A stretch of DNA of 64,000 nt from Gemmatimonadota bacterium (GTDB lineage Bacteria > Gemmatimonadota > Gemmatimonadetes > Palauibacterales > Palauibacteraceae), in contig OZ220691.1 in the NCBI GenBank assembly GCA_965116475.1, positions 2,976,001 to 3,040,000 of the forward strand, read 5' to 3'. Numbering within the stretch: position 1 is the first letter of the stretch; every line of letters begins with the position of its first letter. Shown piece after piece: positions 29,229-39,073 of this stretch. A program made the translations under genes and the position numbers. The notes under the pieces were generated by a model. The model had not been told where the DNA came from and did no database searches. It saw only the letters and a program-made list of their open reading frames with translations.

Positions 29229-30002
29229 GTGAGAGTCCGTTTTCTCGGCACCGGCACTTCCTTCGGGGTTCCGGTGCTCGGCTGCGACTGCGCGACCTGC
29301 CGCTCGCCGGACCCCAGGGACCGGCGCACGCGTCACGGACTCCTCATCGAGACCGGCGGGACCCGTCTCCTGGTGGACACGCCGCCGGAACTTCGGCTTC
29401 AACTGCTGCGGGCCGGCGTCGAGCGGCTGGACGCCGTCTTTCTGTCGCACGAGCACGCGGACCATACGCACGGCATCGACGACCTCCGGGTCTTCTCGAT
29501 GCGGCAGGGCCGGCCCCTCCCCCTGTACGTGGCGCGCGAGTTCGATGCCGGGATCCGGAGGCGCTTCTCCTATATCTGGGGCGACGCCCGTCCCCAGCCG
29601 GGGTCCGCGGTGCCCCGACTCGATCTGACGCTCTTCGACGACCGCGACGTCATCGAGCCCGGCGGGCTCGCGCTGCGGGTCGTTGCGCTCCCGCACGGAG
29701 CGTACCGCAGCTACGGGTTCCGCTTCGGCGGTCTCGGGGTCCTGATCGACGCGAAGTCCGTGCCCGAGGACGCGATCGACGTGTTCGCGGGTGTCGACGT
29801 CCTCATCACGAACGCGCTCTGGTTCGGCGACCCGCACCCCGGACACTTCTCGATGGAGGAGGCCGTGGCGACGGCACGCCGACTCGGGGCGGGACGCACC
29901 TACATCACGCACATCGCGCACCGAACGAGACACGAGGAAATCGAGCGACGGCTCCCGGCAGGCGTGTCCCCCGCGTACGACGGACTGGTGGTGGAGCTGT
30001 GA
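29229..30002 (+). CDS. MBL-fold metallo-hydrolase (PhnP-like phosphodiesterase)
   Basis: [30 protein letters not shown] and AYDG motifs. Confidence 0.88.
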   Translation: MRVRFLGTGTSFGVPVLGCDCATCRSPDPRDRRTRHGLLIETGGTRLLVDTPPELRLQLLRAGVERLDAVFLSHEHADHTHGIDDLRVFSMRQGRPLPLYVAREFDAGIRRRFSYIWGDARPQPGSAVPRLDLTLFDDRDVIEPGGLALRVVALPHGAYRSYGFRFGGLGVLIDAKSVPEDAIDVFAGVDVLITNALWFGDPHPGHFSMEEAVATARRLGAGRTYITHIAHRTRHEEIERRLPAGVSPAYDGLVVEL

Positions 30003-31813
30003 CCGCGGCCCCGGGCACGGAGCGCATCCGGAACTTCTCCATCATCGCGCACATCGATCACGGGAAGTCGACGCTGGCCGACCGATTGCTCGAGCGTACC
30101 GGCGCGGTGGACGAGCGCCGGATGCGGAAGCAGGTGCTCGACTCGATGGAACTCGAGCGGGAACGCGGAATCACGATCAAGCTCAACGCGATTCGCATGG
30201 CCTACGGCTACCGGGACGGCGCCGAGTATCAGCTCAACCTCATCGACACCCCGGGGCACGTCGACTTCGCCTACGAAGTGAGCCGCAGTCTCGCCGCGTG
30301 CGAGGGGGCCCTCCTCGTCGTCGACGCCACGCAGGGCATCGAGGCGCAGACGCTCGCGAACCTCTTCCTCGCCCTGGAGGCGGACCTCGAGGTCGTCCCC
30401 GTCGTCAACAAGATCGATCTCCCGGCGGCCGACCCGGAACGCGTGGCGGCGGAGATATCGGAGTTGCTCGGTGTGGATCCCGCCTCGACGATCCATACCT
30501 CCGCCAAGGAAGGGGTGGGGGTCGACGCGGTTCTCGACGCCATCGTCGAGCGCGTCCCGGCCCCGCGCGGCGACCCCGAGGCGCCGCTGCGGGCGCTGAT
30601 CTTCGACTCGCAGTACGACCGCTACCGCGGAGCGATGCCCATGCTGCGCGTCGTGGACGGCGAACTGCGCGAAGGCATGCGCATCGGATTCGGGCGCCAC
30701 GAAGCGGTGTACGAGGTCGACGAGGTCGGCTTCATGCGTCTCGGCTTCGAGCGCACCGGCGCCCTCCGTTGCGGGGAGGTCGGGTACCTCACGGCCCAGA
30801 TCAAGAAGGTGGGCCATACGCGCGTCGGCGATACGGTGCTGGACGCGGGTGACCGCGCCGCGGAGGTCCTCCCCGGCTACCGGGAAGCGAAGCCGATGGT
30901 CTTCGCCGGCCTCTATCCGACGGACTCCGACCAGTTCGAGGAACTCCGCGAGGCGCTCGAGAAGCTCCAGTTGAACGACGCCAGCCTCCACTACGAGCCG
31001 GAGACATCGGGCGCGCTCGGCTTCGGGTTCCGGTGCGGCTTCCTGGGGCTCCTCCACCTGGAGATCGTACAGGAGAGACTGGACCGCGAGTTCGGCGTCG
31101 ACCTCATCACGACGCTGCCCAGCGTGGAGTACCAGGTGACGCTCACGAACGACGACGAGATCCAGCTCGAAAACCCGTCGAAGATGCCGGACCGCGTCCA
31201 TATCAGCGAAGTGCGGGAGCCCTTCGTCCGGGTTCGCGTCGTGTCGCCGGCCGACTACATCGGCGCGATCCAGAAGATCTGCCACGACCGGCGCGGGAAG
31301 TACGTCGACCTCCAGTACCTGGATCCCACCCGGGTCGAGATCTCGTATTCGATGCCCCTCGGCGAGATCGTGCTCGATTTCTACGATAAGCTGAAGTCCG
31401 TCTCTCGCGGGTACGCTTCGCTCGACTACGAAGTGACGGGCCACGAGCGTTCGGATCTGGTGAAGCTGGATATCCTCCTCAACGGGGCGGCCGTGGACGC
31501 GCTGAGCGTCATCGTGCACCGGAGCCGGGCCTACGACTTCGGGCAGAAGATGGCCCGCAAGCTCAAGGAACTCATCCCCCGGCAACTGTTCGACGTGGCG
31601 ATCCAGGCCGCGATCGGGCGGGACGTGATCGCGAGGACCACGGTGAAGGCGCTGCGCAAGAACGTGACCGCCAAGTGCTACGGAGGCGACATCACGAGAA
31701 AGCGAAAGCTGCTCGAGAAGCAGAGGGAGGGGAAGCGGCGCATGAAGCAGGTCGGAAGCGTCGAGATCCCCCAGGAGGCCTTTCTCGCCGTCCTGCAGGT
31801 CGAAAACGACTAG
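29999..31813 (+). CDS. lepA: Elongation factor 4
   Basis: [28 protein letters not shown] and [17 protein letters not shown] motifs. Confidence 0.98.
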   Translation: MTAAPGTERIRNFSIIAHIDHGKSTLADRLLERTGAVDERRMRKQVLDSMELERERGITIKLNAIRMAYGYRDGAEYQLNLIDTPGHVDFAYEVSRSLAACEGALLVVDATQGIEAQTLANLFLALEADLEVVPVVNKIDLPAADPERVAAEISELLGVDPASTIHTSAKEGVGVDAVLDAIVERVPAPRGDPEAPLRALIFDSQYDRYRGAMPMLRVVDGELREGMRIGFGRHEAVYEVDEVGFMRLGFERTGALRCGEVGYLTAQIKKVGHTRVGDTVLDAGDRAAEVLPGYREAKPMVFAGLYPTDSDQFEELREALEKLQLNDASLHYEPETSGALGFGFRCGFLGLLHLEIVQERLDREFGVDLITTLPSVEYQVTLTNDDEIQLENPSKMPDRVHISEVREPFVRVRVVSPADYIGAIQKICHDRRGKYVDLQYLDPTRVEISYSMPLGEIVLDFYDKLKSVSRGYASLDYEVTGHERSDLVKLDILLNGAAVDALSVIVHRSRAYDFGQKMARKLKELIPRQLFDVAIQAAIGRDVIARTTVKALRKNVTAKCYGGDITRKRKLLEKQREGKRRMKQVGSVEIPQEAFLAVLQVEND

Positions 31814-31822
31814 TGTTATGAT
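31814..31822 (+). promoter_or_regulatory. Extended -10 promoter candidate for the ROK-kinase operon
   Basis: TGtTATGAT immediately after the lepA stop. Confidence 0.45.
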
Positions 31823-31863
31823 GCTCCGAGGCGCGGTCGGCGGCGCGTAGTTCCACCAGCGAG

Positions 31864-32871
31864 ATGCGGGTAGGGGATGTGAGCGGAAGAAAGCACATCA
31901 TCGGTGTCGATCTGGGGGGGACCACGATCAACGTCGGCGCCGTCCCGGTGGACGGCGGCACCGTGCTCGGCATGCGTACCCTGCCCACGGATGCCCACAT
32001 CGGCGCAAAATTCGTCGTGGACCGGATCGTGTCGATGATTCGCGAAGTGGCCCGCGATGCCGCGCGCGAGGGCGGATTCGGGGAGGACGCGATCGTGGGG
32101 GTCGGGATGGGGGCGCCCGGGCCGCTGGACCGCGAGACGGGCACGGTGATCGAGACGCCGAACCTCGGGTGGCGGAACTTCCCGCTGCGCGACCTGATCG
32201 CGAAGGGGACGGGACTCGACGCCGAACTCGACAACGACGCGAACGCCGCCACGCTCGGGGAGTGGTGGCGGGGCGCGGGGCGCGGGGTCGACAACCTCGT
32301 GGGCATCACTCTGGGGACGGGGATCGGGGGCGGCATCGTACTCGACGGCGAACTCTACCACGGGGCCTCGGATGCGGCCGCGGAGATCGGACACATGACG
32401 ATCGACTCCACGGGGCGGAAGTGCGCGTGCGGCAGCTACGGTTGCCTCGAAGCCTACGCTTCGGGGCCCGCGATCGCGGCCCGCGCGGTGGAAGGACTGG
32501 AGGCGGGTGCCGAGAGCATGCTCCTGGACCTGGTGGACGGCGACCTGCGGGCGGTTACGGCCGAAGCGGTATCCGATGCCATCGTAGCGGGCGACCAGTA
32601 TGCCGCCGACGTGATGCGGGAGACGGCGGGGTATCTCGGGACCGGCCTCGCGAACCTCATCAACATTCTCAACCCGGAGATGATCGTGGTTTCCGGGGGC
32701 GTGACGCGCGCGGGCAAGCACCTCTTCGATCCCCTGCGCCGCGAGGTCAGGAAGCGGGCGCTGCAGCCGGCGGCCGAGGCGTGCCGGATCGTGCGCACCG
32801 AACTCGGTGGCCTGGCGGGCGTCATCGGCGCCGCCGCCGTGTTCCGCGTCGCGCGGCTCGGACCCCTCTGA
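31864..32871 (+). CDS. ROK family sugar kinase (glucokinase-like)
   Basis: GVDLGGT, NDANAA, GTGIGGG and EIGH..CACG..GCLE motifs; start may be GTG 31879. Confidence 0.92.
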   Translation: MRVGDVSGRKHIIGVDLGGTTINVGAVPVDGGTVLGMRTLPTDAHIGAKFVVDRIVSMIREVARDAAREGGFGEDAIVGVGMGAPGPLDRETGTVIETPNLGWRNFPLRDLIAKGTGLDAELDNDANAATLGEWWRGAGRGVDNLVGITLGTGIGGGIVLDGELYHGASDAAAEIGHMTIDSTGRKCACGSYGCLEAYASGPAIAARAVEGLEAGAESMLLDLVDGDLRAVTAEAVSDAIVAGDQYAADVMRETAGYLGTGLANLINILNPEMIVVSGGVTRAGKHLFDPLRREVRKRALQPAAEACRIVRTELGGLAGVIGAAAVFRVARLGPL

Positions 32872-32878
32872 GCGCCGA

Positions 32879-33904
32879 ATGCCGCGGCTCGGCGTCGTAG
32901 GGACGATGGTGTGGGATACGATCCGCGCACGGGACGTCGGCCGGGACGGTCCGGTCGAGGAATGGGGAGGGATCGCCTACGCGCTGGCCGCGGCCGACGC
33001 CGCCGCGGCAGCTGCCGGGGAAGGCTGGACCCTGTTTCCGATTCTCAAGGTCGGGAAGGACATGCGAGAGGCGGCGGACCTCTTCCTCGGGGGGCTCGCA
33101 CGCGTCGATTCCTTTGACGGCGTGTGGACCGTGGCGGAACCGAACAACCGGGTCGAACTCATCTACCTGGACGACGCGCGGCGCTCCGAGAAGCTCACCG
33201 GCGGCGTGCCGGGCTGGACCCGCGACGAACTCGTGCCCCTCGCACGCTCGTGCGACGCGATCTACGTGAACTTCATCGCGGGTTGGGAGGTCGACCTCCC
33301 GGCCGCCGCGGCCCTGCGGACGGCGGCGGAGGGTCCGGTCTACGCGGATCTGCACTCGTTGATGCTCGGCGTGGGGGTGGACGGGGTGCGCTCGCCGCGT
33401 CCGCTCGAAGACTGGCGCGCCTGGCTCTCCTGTTTCGATGTCGTGCAACTGAACGAGGAGGAACTCGGCACGCTGGCGGCGGGCTGGGAAGATCCCTGGG
33501 CGCTTGCCGCGGACGTCGTGGGTCCGGTCACGCGCGGCCTCCTCGTCACGCTCGGCGAGCGCGGCGCCGCCTGGGTCGCGACCCGCAGCTTCTGGGAGGC
33601 GCCGACGGAGCCGCGCCCGCCGCCCGGCGCCGTGGCGCCCGCGGAAGCGCTCGTGAGCGGAAAGGTGGAGCCCGAGGTCCGGGTGTCGGGGGGTGACCCG
33701 ACCGGCTGCGGCGACGTGTGGGGGGCGACGTGCTTCGTGACGATGCTGAGCGGCGAGGATCTCGAGTCGTCCGTCCGGGCGGCGACGCGGGCCGCGCAAC
33801 GGAACGCCGGATTCCGCGGCGCATCCGGGCTCGGCGAATACCTGCGCTCCGAGACCGGCGTCCTCACGGGCGGGGCGGGGAGCCGGGAGCGGGGGTCGAC
33901 GTGA
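32879..33904 (+). CDS. PfkB family carbohydrate kinase
   Basis: LNEEE, VTLGERG and DPTGCGD signature; ATG at 32879. Confidence 0.8.
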   Translation: MPRLGVVGTMVWDTIRARDVGRDGPVEEWGGIAYALAAADAAAAAAGEGWTLFPILKVGKDMREAADLFLGGLARVDSFDGVWTVAEPNNRVELIYLDDARRSEKLTGGVPGWTRDELVPLARSCDAIYVNFIAGWEVDLPAAAALRTAAEGPVYADLHSLMLGVGVDGVRSPRPLEDWRAWLSCFDVVQLNEEELGTLAAGWEDPWALAADVVGPVTRGLLVTLGERGAAWVATRSFWEAPTEPRPPPGAVAPAEALVSGKVEPEVRVSGGDPTGCGDVWGATCFVTMLSGEDLESSVRAATRAAQRNAGFRGASGLGEYLRSETGVLTGGAGSRERGST

Positions 33905-34803
33905 GCCGGGTCGTCCGCGTCCCCGAACGTCTGGACGAGTCGTCCTTCGAGACGCTGGTCCGGCGCATCCGCTCGGAAGGCAACCCGAAGGCGCGTCTCC
34001 TGCTCGATGCCCGCTCCGTCGGCTGGGTGTCGCCGTACGGGCTCATCGGCCTCCTGGCGGTCGGTCAGGAGGCGCGCCTGCGCACGGGGCTGCCTCCGCT
34101 GATCGAGCCTCCGCGGGACTCCGAGGTCCGCTCCTACATCAACCGCATGCGCTTCTGGCCCGCCGCCGCCCAGGTGTTCGACCTGAAGCGGCTGCCGAAG
34201 CCGTCGCTCGAGATCTCCGACGCCCTCATCGAAGTCACGACGATCCGCTCCCACGAGGATGTCCATTCCGTCGTGGAGGGCGTGCGGGACCGGGCCCAGC
34301 GCATCCTGCACGACCGGCTCGGCTACCCCCGGCCGGCCGTGATCCACTTCTCCGTCATGCTGTCGGAAGTGTGCCAGAACATCCTCGAACACGCCGATTC
34401 GATCGGCTGGGTGTGTGCGCAGCGGTACAGGTGGCAGCGGCGTCTCGGCCGCGATGTCGTCGTGCTCGCCGTGATGGACGTGGGCGTCGGCTTCGAGGGC
34501 TCCCTGGGCGCCGAGCATGCGCGCCGCTACGGAGAGCGATGGTCCGCGGCCGCGGCGCTGAAGGCGGCCTTTCTGCACGGGGAGTCGCGCTTCCCGGATC
34601 CCGGTCGCGGCCAGGGCCTGCAGGCGATCCGAAGCCAGATCATCAAGTGGAACGGCGCCATCCGCATCCGGAGCGGCGATGCGAGTATCGCCAGGGTGGC
34701 CGACTGGGACGAAGGCGAGCCGCTCAGCACGGACCTGCCGCGTTTTCCCGGCGCTCAGGTGCTGATCGTCCTGCCCGAGCGGGTCGAGGGAGAAAGGACG
34801 TGA
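33901..34803 (+). CDS. STAS-like plus GHKL/HATPase protein (anti-sigma-type Ser kinase-like)
   Basis: N-terminal LLLDARSVGWVSPYGL; N-box EVCQNILEHA, G1 DVGVG and G2 GRGQGL; GTGA overlap. Confidence 0.8.
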   Translation: MSRVVRVPERLDESSFETLVRRIRSEGNPKARLLLDARSVGWVSPYGLIGLLAVGQEARLRTGLPPLIEPPRDSEVRSYINRMRFWPAAAQVFDLKRLPKPSLEISDALIEVTTIRSHEDVHSVVEGVRDRAQRILHDRLGYPRPAVIHFSVMLSEVCQNILEHADSIGWVCAQRYRWQRRLGRDVVVLAVMDVGVGFEGSLGAEHARRYGERWSAAAALKAAFLHGESRFPDPGRGQGLQAIRSQIIKWNGAIRIRSGDASIARVADWDEGEPLSTDLPRFPGAQVLIVLPERVEGERT

Positions 34804-34807
34804 TCGG

Positions 34808-35383
34808 GTGAGGCCGGCGGTCGCCCACACGACGCTGTTCAGCTACCTCGTGACGCGTCCCACCGGCCGGACGGTGCGGGCGACGGTCGAACGCCAGATC
34901 GCCGACGCGGGGTGCACCGTTCTTGCGGTACTCGACCTGCGCCACGTCCCCGTGATCGACTTTTCCTGCGCGGACGAGATCGTCGCGAAGCTCGTCCTGC
35001 TCGCGTCCGATGCCTCTGCGCGCCGGTCGTTCATCCTCTTCCGCGGGATCGCGGAGCACCACTTCGGACCCATCGACTCGGTTCTCCGGCACCGGGGGCT
35101 TGCGGCCGCGGCCGAGAGTGCCGACGGGGAACCGTTGCTGATGGGCGTGCTCGATGCCGGCGCCACCGCGGTGTGGCGCGAGGTCTGGAGTCTGGGCCGC
35201 ACGGGAGCGTCCCCGCTCGCCGACCGGCTCGAACTTCCCCTCGACCTGGTACGCGGGCTGCTCGATGACCTTGTCGCCAGAGCGCTCGTGATCCGGGACG
35301 GCGAGCGTTACGTCTCGCTTCGTCACGCCCTGCTCGATGCGGAGCCGCCATCTCCTCCTCGCACGGACGACCCGCACCCATGA
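34808..35383 (+). CDS. STAS-like (DUF4325-like) plus winged-HTH protein
   Basis: LVTRPTG, VLDLRHVPVIDFSCADEIV and C-terminal LADRLELPLDLVRGLLDDLVARALVIRDG. Confidence 0.75.
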   Translation: MRPAVAHTTLFSYLVTRPTGRTVRATVERQIADAGCTVLAVLDLRHVPVIDFSCADEIVAKLVLLASDASARRSFILFRGIAEHHFGPIDSVLRHRGLAAAAESADGEPLLMGVLDAGATAVWREVWSLGRTGASPLADRLELPLDLVRGLLDDLVARALVIRDGERYVSLRHALLDAEPPSPPRTDDPHP

Positions 35384-37779
35384 GCCTTCGGCGCCGCGCC
35401 GGTGTCGTGCTGGCGGCCGGCCTCGTGATCGTGGGGGCCCTCACGACGTTTGCGTGGTTCCACCTCCAGCGATCCATGCAGGCGAGATCCGGCCGGCATG
35501 TCCTCCCGGGTCTGGCGGCACCCGCCGCGGTCACATTCGACGAGTGGGCGATTCCCTCCATCTCCGCCGGCACCGAACTCGACGTCCTGCGCGTTCAGGG
35601 GTTCGTACACGCCTCCGACCGGTTGTGGCAGATGGAGCTCTTCCAGCGGGTCGCGCGCGGACGCCTGGCCGAACTCTTCGGTCCGGCCGCCCTCGACGCG
35701 GACCGTCTCATGCGTACCCTGGACCTCTGGTCGGCGGCGGGCCGTGAACTCGACGCCATGGCGGAGACGGAGCGGGCCCTCCTCGAGGCGTACGCGGAGG
35801 GCGTCAACGCCCGCATCGCGAGCTGGCGTGGCCCCCGGCCCCCCGAGTTCCTCATCCTCGGCATCGAACCGCAGCCCTGGAGTCCGCAGGCGTCCCTTTC
35901 GATCGGGCGCATCATGTCGCTGGATCTCTCCGACTGGCGGGAGGAACTCGACCGGATGACCGCGCTCGCGACGCTCGACGCGGATCACCGGCGGGCGCTC
36001 GGGGCCGGATACCCGGCCTGGGGGCCCACCATCCTCCAGGACACGCTTCCCTCCGGCACGCCGCCGCCGCGCCTCGCCTCGGCGGAGACTCCGATTCTTC
36101 CGGATCCGAGCGTCGCGGTTTCGTCTCCCGACCCTCTGATCCAACTCTCCCGCTTCGGCTTCCACGCCTCGAACTCCTGGGCGCTGGCGGGATCGCGCAC
36201 GGCGGACGGCGCCCCGCTGCTCGCCAACGACATGCACCTCGCCCTCCGGGCGCCCTCCACCTGGTACCTGAACTCCCTCGCGGCCGAGGATTCGGACCTG
36301 GCCGTCGCGGGCCTCTCGATCCCGGGCACCCCCGGCGTCATCGTCGGACTCAACCGGGATGTCGCATGGTCGTTCACGAACGCGATGGTGGACGACGCGG
36401 ACTTCGTCGTGGAAGGCATCAACCTCGACGGGTCGATGTATCGCGACTCCGGCGACTGGCGGCCCTTCGAGACCCGGACGGAGGAGATCCGCGTACGGGG
36501 GCGCGGCGAGCCGGAAAGCTGGGTCGTACGTTCGACCGCGCGCGGCCCGGTGATCACGGACGTCGTGCCGGCGGGAGGACTCACGCTGTCGCTGCTGTGG
36601 ACGGGACTCGAACCCGGGGGCCCCTTCGCGGCGCTCCTCGAGATGAACCGTGCCTCCGACGCGGACGCGTTCGTGGCCGCGGTCGCGGGTTTTCGTTCGC
36701 CTCACCAGAACGTGATCTACGCGGCGTCGAGCGGAGAGATCGGCTACCGCATGGCGGGGTCCGTGCCCCTGCGCCCGCCTGGGGAGGGTGCCTCCCCGAT
36801 CTCCTTCGAGCGCCTGCCCGCCGGCTGGCCGGGCTTCTGGCCGCCGGAAGCGATGCCCGTGCTGCGAGATCCGGAGCGGGGGTATCTCGTCAGCGCGAAC
36901 AACCTCCAGGCGTGGCCCCTGTTCGGACGAATAGGCGTCTACTATCCGCCGCCGTTCCGGGCGCGGCGCATCGATGACCTCGTGTCTCGCGCATCGGGCT
37001 GGACGGTGGAGGACATGCGCAGGACGCAACTGGACAGCCACAGCCTCTGGGCCGAGCGCTACCGGCCGCGCGCCGTCCGCGCCGCCCGCCGGGCGGGCCT
37101 CGATTCACTCGGGCTCGTGTTCGAGCGCTGGGACCTGCGTACCGAAACGGAGTCTCGGGGCGCCGTGCCCTTCTTCACCTGGCTCTACCGCCTTCGCGAA
37201 CTCATCGTCGCCGACGAGTACGATGACGGCGACGGGTGGTTCCCGGATCTCGCCTTCATGGAGATCGTCGAAACCGGCGACAGCGCCTGGATCGACGATG
37301 CGCGCACGCCGGAAGTCGAGCGCCTCGAGGCGCTGGAAGAAGAGGCGGCTCGCACTGCGGCGACCGTGGCGGGACGTTCGTGGGGAGAGGTCCATCGCGA
37401 ACGGTCGGCTCACCCGCTCGGAACCGTGGCGTGGCTCGACCGCCTGTTCGGTTTCCACGTCGGGCCCTATCCGTCGCGGGGCGGCCCCCACACGGTTCGC
37501 CCCGACGCTCCGTCGCTGAGATCGCGCCTCGACTCCACCGCGTGGAAGTTCCCCGTCGTGAGCGAATACGGCCCCAGCGCGAGATTCATTGCCCGCGCCG
37601 CGCCGGCCAACATGACGGGCTATTTCCTGCTGCCCACCGGCCAGGCCGGGAACCCGCTCGATCCGCACTATCGGGACATGGGCGCCGTGTGGACCGGGAG
37701 TCCGCTCATCGAACTCCGCCCGGGCCGGCCGTCCGCCACGGCGGAAGGCGAACTCCTTTTTCGGCCTGGCTCTCGTTGA
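35380..37779 (+). CDS. Penicillin acylase family Ntn-hydrolase
   Basis: N-terminal TM helix; QGFVHASDRLWQM, SNSWAL..LLANDMHL and PTGQAGNP..PHY motifs. Confidence 0.92.
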   Translation: MSLRRRAGVVLAAGLVIVGALTTFAWFHLQRSMQARSGRHVLPGLAAPAAVTFDEWAIPSISAGTELDVLRVQGFVHASDRLWQMELFQRVARGRLAELFGPAALDADRLMRTLDLWSAAGRELDAMAETERALLEAYAEGVNARIASWRGPRPPEFLILGIEPQPWSPQASLSIGRIMSLDLSDWREELDRMTALATLDADHRRALGAGYPAWGPTILQDTLPSGTPPPRLASAETPILPDPSVAVSSPDPLIQLSRFGFHASNSWALAGSRTADGAPLLANDMHLALRAPSTWYLNSLAAEDSDLAVAGLSIPGTPGVIVGLNRDVAWSFTNAMVDDADFVVEGINLDGSMYRDSGDWRPFETRTEEIRVRGRGEPESWVVRSTARGPVITDVVPAGGLTLSLLWTGLEPGGPFAALLEMNRASDADAFVAAVAGFRSPHQNVIYAASSGEIGYRMAGSVPLRPPGEGASPISFERLPAGWPGFWPPEAMPVLRDPERGYLVSANNLQAWPLFGRIGVYYPPPFRARRIDDLVSRASGWTVEDMRRTQLDSHSLWAERYRPRAVRAARRAGLDSLGLVFERWDLRTETESRGAVPFFTWLYRLRELIVADEYDDGDGWFPDLAFMEIVETGDSAWIDDARTPEVERLEALEEEAARTAATVAGRSWGEVHRERSAHPLGTVAWLDRLFGFHVGPYPSRGGPHTVRPDAPSLRSRLDSTAWKFPVVSEYGPSARFIARAAPANMTGYFLLPTGQAGNPLDPHYRDMGAVWTGSPLIELRPGRPSATAEGELLFRPGSR

Positions 37780-37886
37780 CCGCCGGACGGTGGAATCCTA
37801 CCTTCCTCAAGCCCTCCGGAACGTCGACTTCGGGGTATCCGCGGGGCACGAAACGCTCCGCTGACCCGCGCCAGGATCCAGACGAT

Positions 37887-38138
37887 TTGAGCACCGCCAC
37901 CGTTGAGAATGCGCTCGACGAGATCGAGAGAGCCCTCGACGACATCCGTCCCGCGGTGCGTTCGGATGGCGGCGACATTCAGCTCGTTTCGTTCGACGCG
38001 GAGAGCGGCCGCGTTGCCGTCCGGCTGGTAGGGGCCTGCTACGACTGTCCCATGTCGACCGCCACGCTTCGTGCCGGGATCGAACAGCATCTCTGCCATG
38101 CGCTCCGCACGGTCCATTCCGTCGAGGCCGTCGCGTAG
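37887..38138 (+). CDS. NifU/NfuA C-terminal domain Fe-S carrier
   Basis: IRPAVRSDGGDI..GACYDCPMS..TL; TTG start inferred. Confidence 0.88.
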   Translation: MSTATVENALDEIERALDDIRPAVRSDGGDIQLVSFDAESGRVAVRLVGACYDCPMSTATLRAGIEQHLCHALRTVHSVEAVA

Positions 38139-38152
38139 TCGAGCGCCAACCC

Positions 38153-39070
38153 GTGTCCGACACACCGACCCGCGGCCCACGGCCGCTTCCGATCATGGAC
38201 CCCGCGCCCCAGCGTTCCGGGCCGCCGCCAAGGGGGGACGACAGGGACGCGGCGAGACGCCACCCCTCGCAGGCGCCACCCATGCCGGGCGTGGGTCGCG
38301 TCGTCGCCGTGAGTTCGGGCAAGGGCGGCGTCGGGAAATCCACGATCTCGACGAATCTTGCCTCGACCTGGAGCCGCCAGGGCCATCGCGTCGGACTGCT
38401 CGATGCCGATATCTACGGCCCGGACATCCCGACGATGTTCGGTATCCAGGAGAAGCCCCGGATCGACCGCGAAGAGGTCGTGCCCCTGGAGGCGCACGGG
38501 GTGAAGCTCATGAGCATCGGCTTCCTCATCGAGGAGGACGCGCCGGCGATCTGGCGCGGACCCATCATCATGGGCGTCATCCGCCAGTTCATCCAGCAGG
38601 TCGCCTGGGGCGAACTCGACTACCTCGTGATCGATCTGCCGCCGGGGACGGGCGACGCGCAGTTGTCGCTGTGTCAACTCGTGCGCGTGGACGGAGCGGT
38701 CATGGTGACCACGCCCCAGGACGTGGCGGTCGGTGGCGTGCTGCGCGGGATCCGGATGTTCGAGAAGCTCGAGGTGCCGGTCCTGGGCATCGTCGAGAAC
38801 ATGCGCGGCTTCGCGTGTCCCGGGTGTGGCGATACGCACGACATCTTCGGCGCGGGCGGCGGAGAGCGGCTCGCCGGCTCGATCGACGTGCCCTTCCTGG
38901 GCGCCGTGCCGCTCGGCGTGGCGGTTCGCGAGGAGAGCGATCGAGGCGTCCCGACGGCGATCGGAAGACCGGACGCACCGGAAGCCCGGGCCTTCGCTCG
39001 CATCGCGTCCGCGGCCGTCAGCCGACTGGAGGCCGTGGAGGCCTCACGGGAGGAATCAGCGGGCGGCTAG
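38153..39070 (+). CDS. mrp: Mrp/NBP35 (ApbC) Fe-S carrier ATPase
   Basis: SGKGGVGKST, DADIYGP, WRGP, DLPPGTGD and ENM..CPGC motifs. Confidence 0.93.
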   Translation: MSDTPTRGPRPLPIMDPAPQRSGPPPRGDDRDAARRHPSQAPPMPGVGRVVAVSSGKGGVGKSTISTNLASTWSRQGHRVGLLDADIYGPDIPTMFGIQEKPRIDREEVVPLEAHGVKLMSIGFLIEEDAPAIWRGPIIMGVIRQFIQQVAWGELDYLVIDLPPGTGDAQLSLCQLVRVDGAVMVTTPQDVAVGGVLRGIRMFEKLEVPVLGIVENMRGFACPGCGDTHDIFGAGGGERLAGSIDVPFLGAVPLGVAVREESDRGVPTAIGRPDAPEARAFARIASAAVSRLEAVEASREESAGG

Positions 39071-39073
39071 CTG

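Noticed and set aside
37236..37886. Apparent 300-aa NifU fusion
   Set aside because: The upstream part lies inside the acylase gene in another frame
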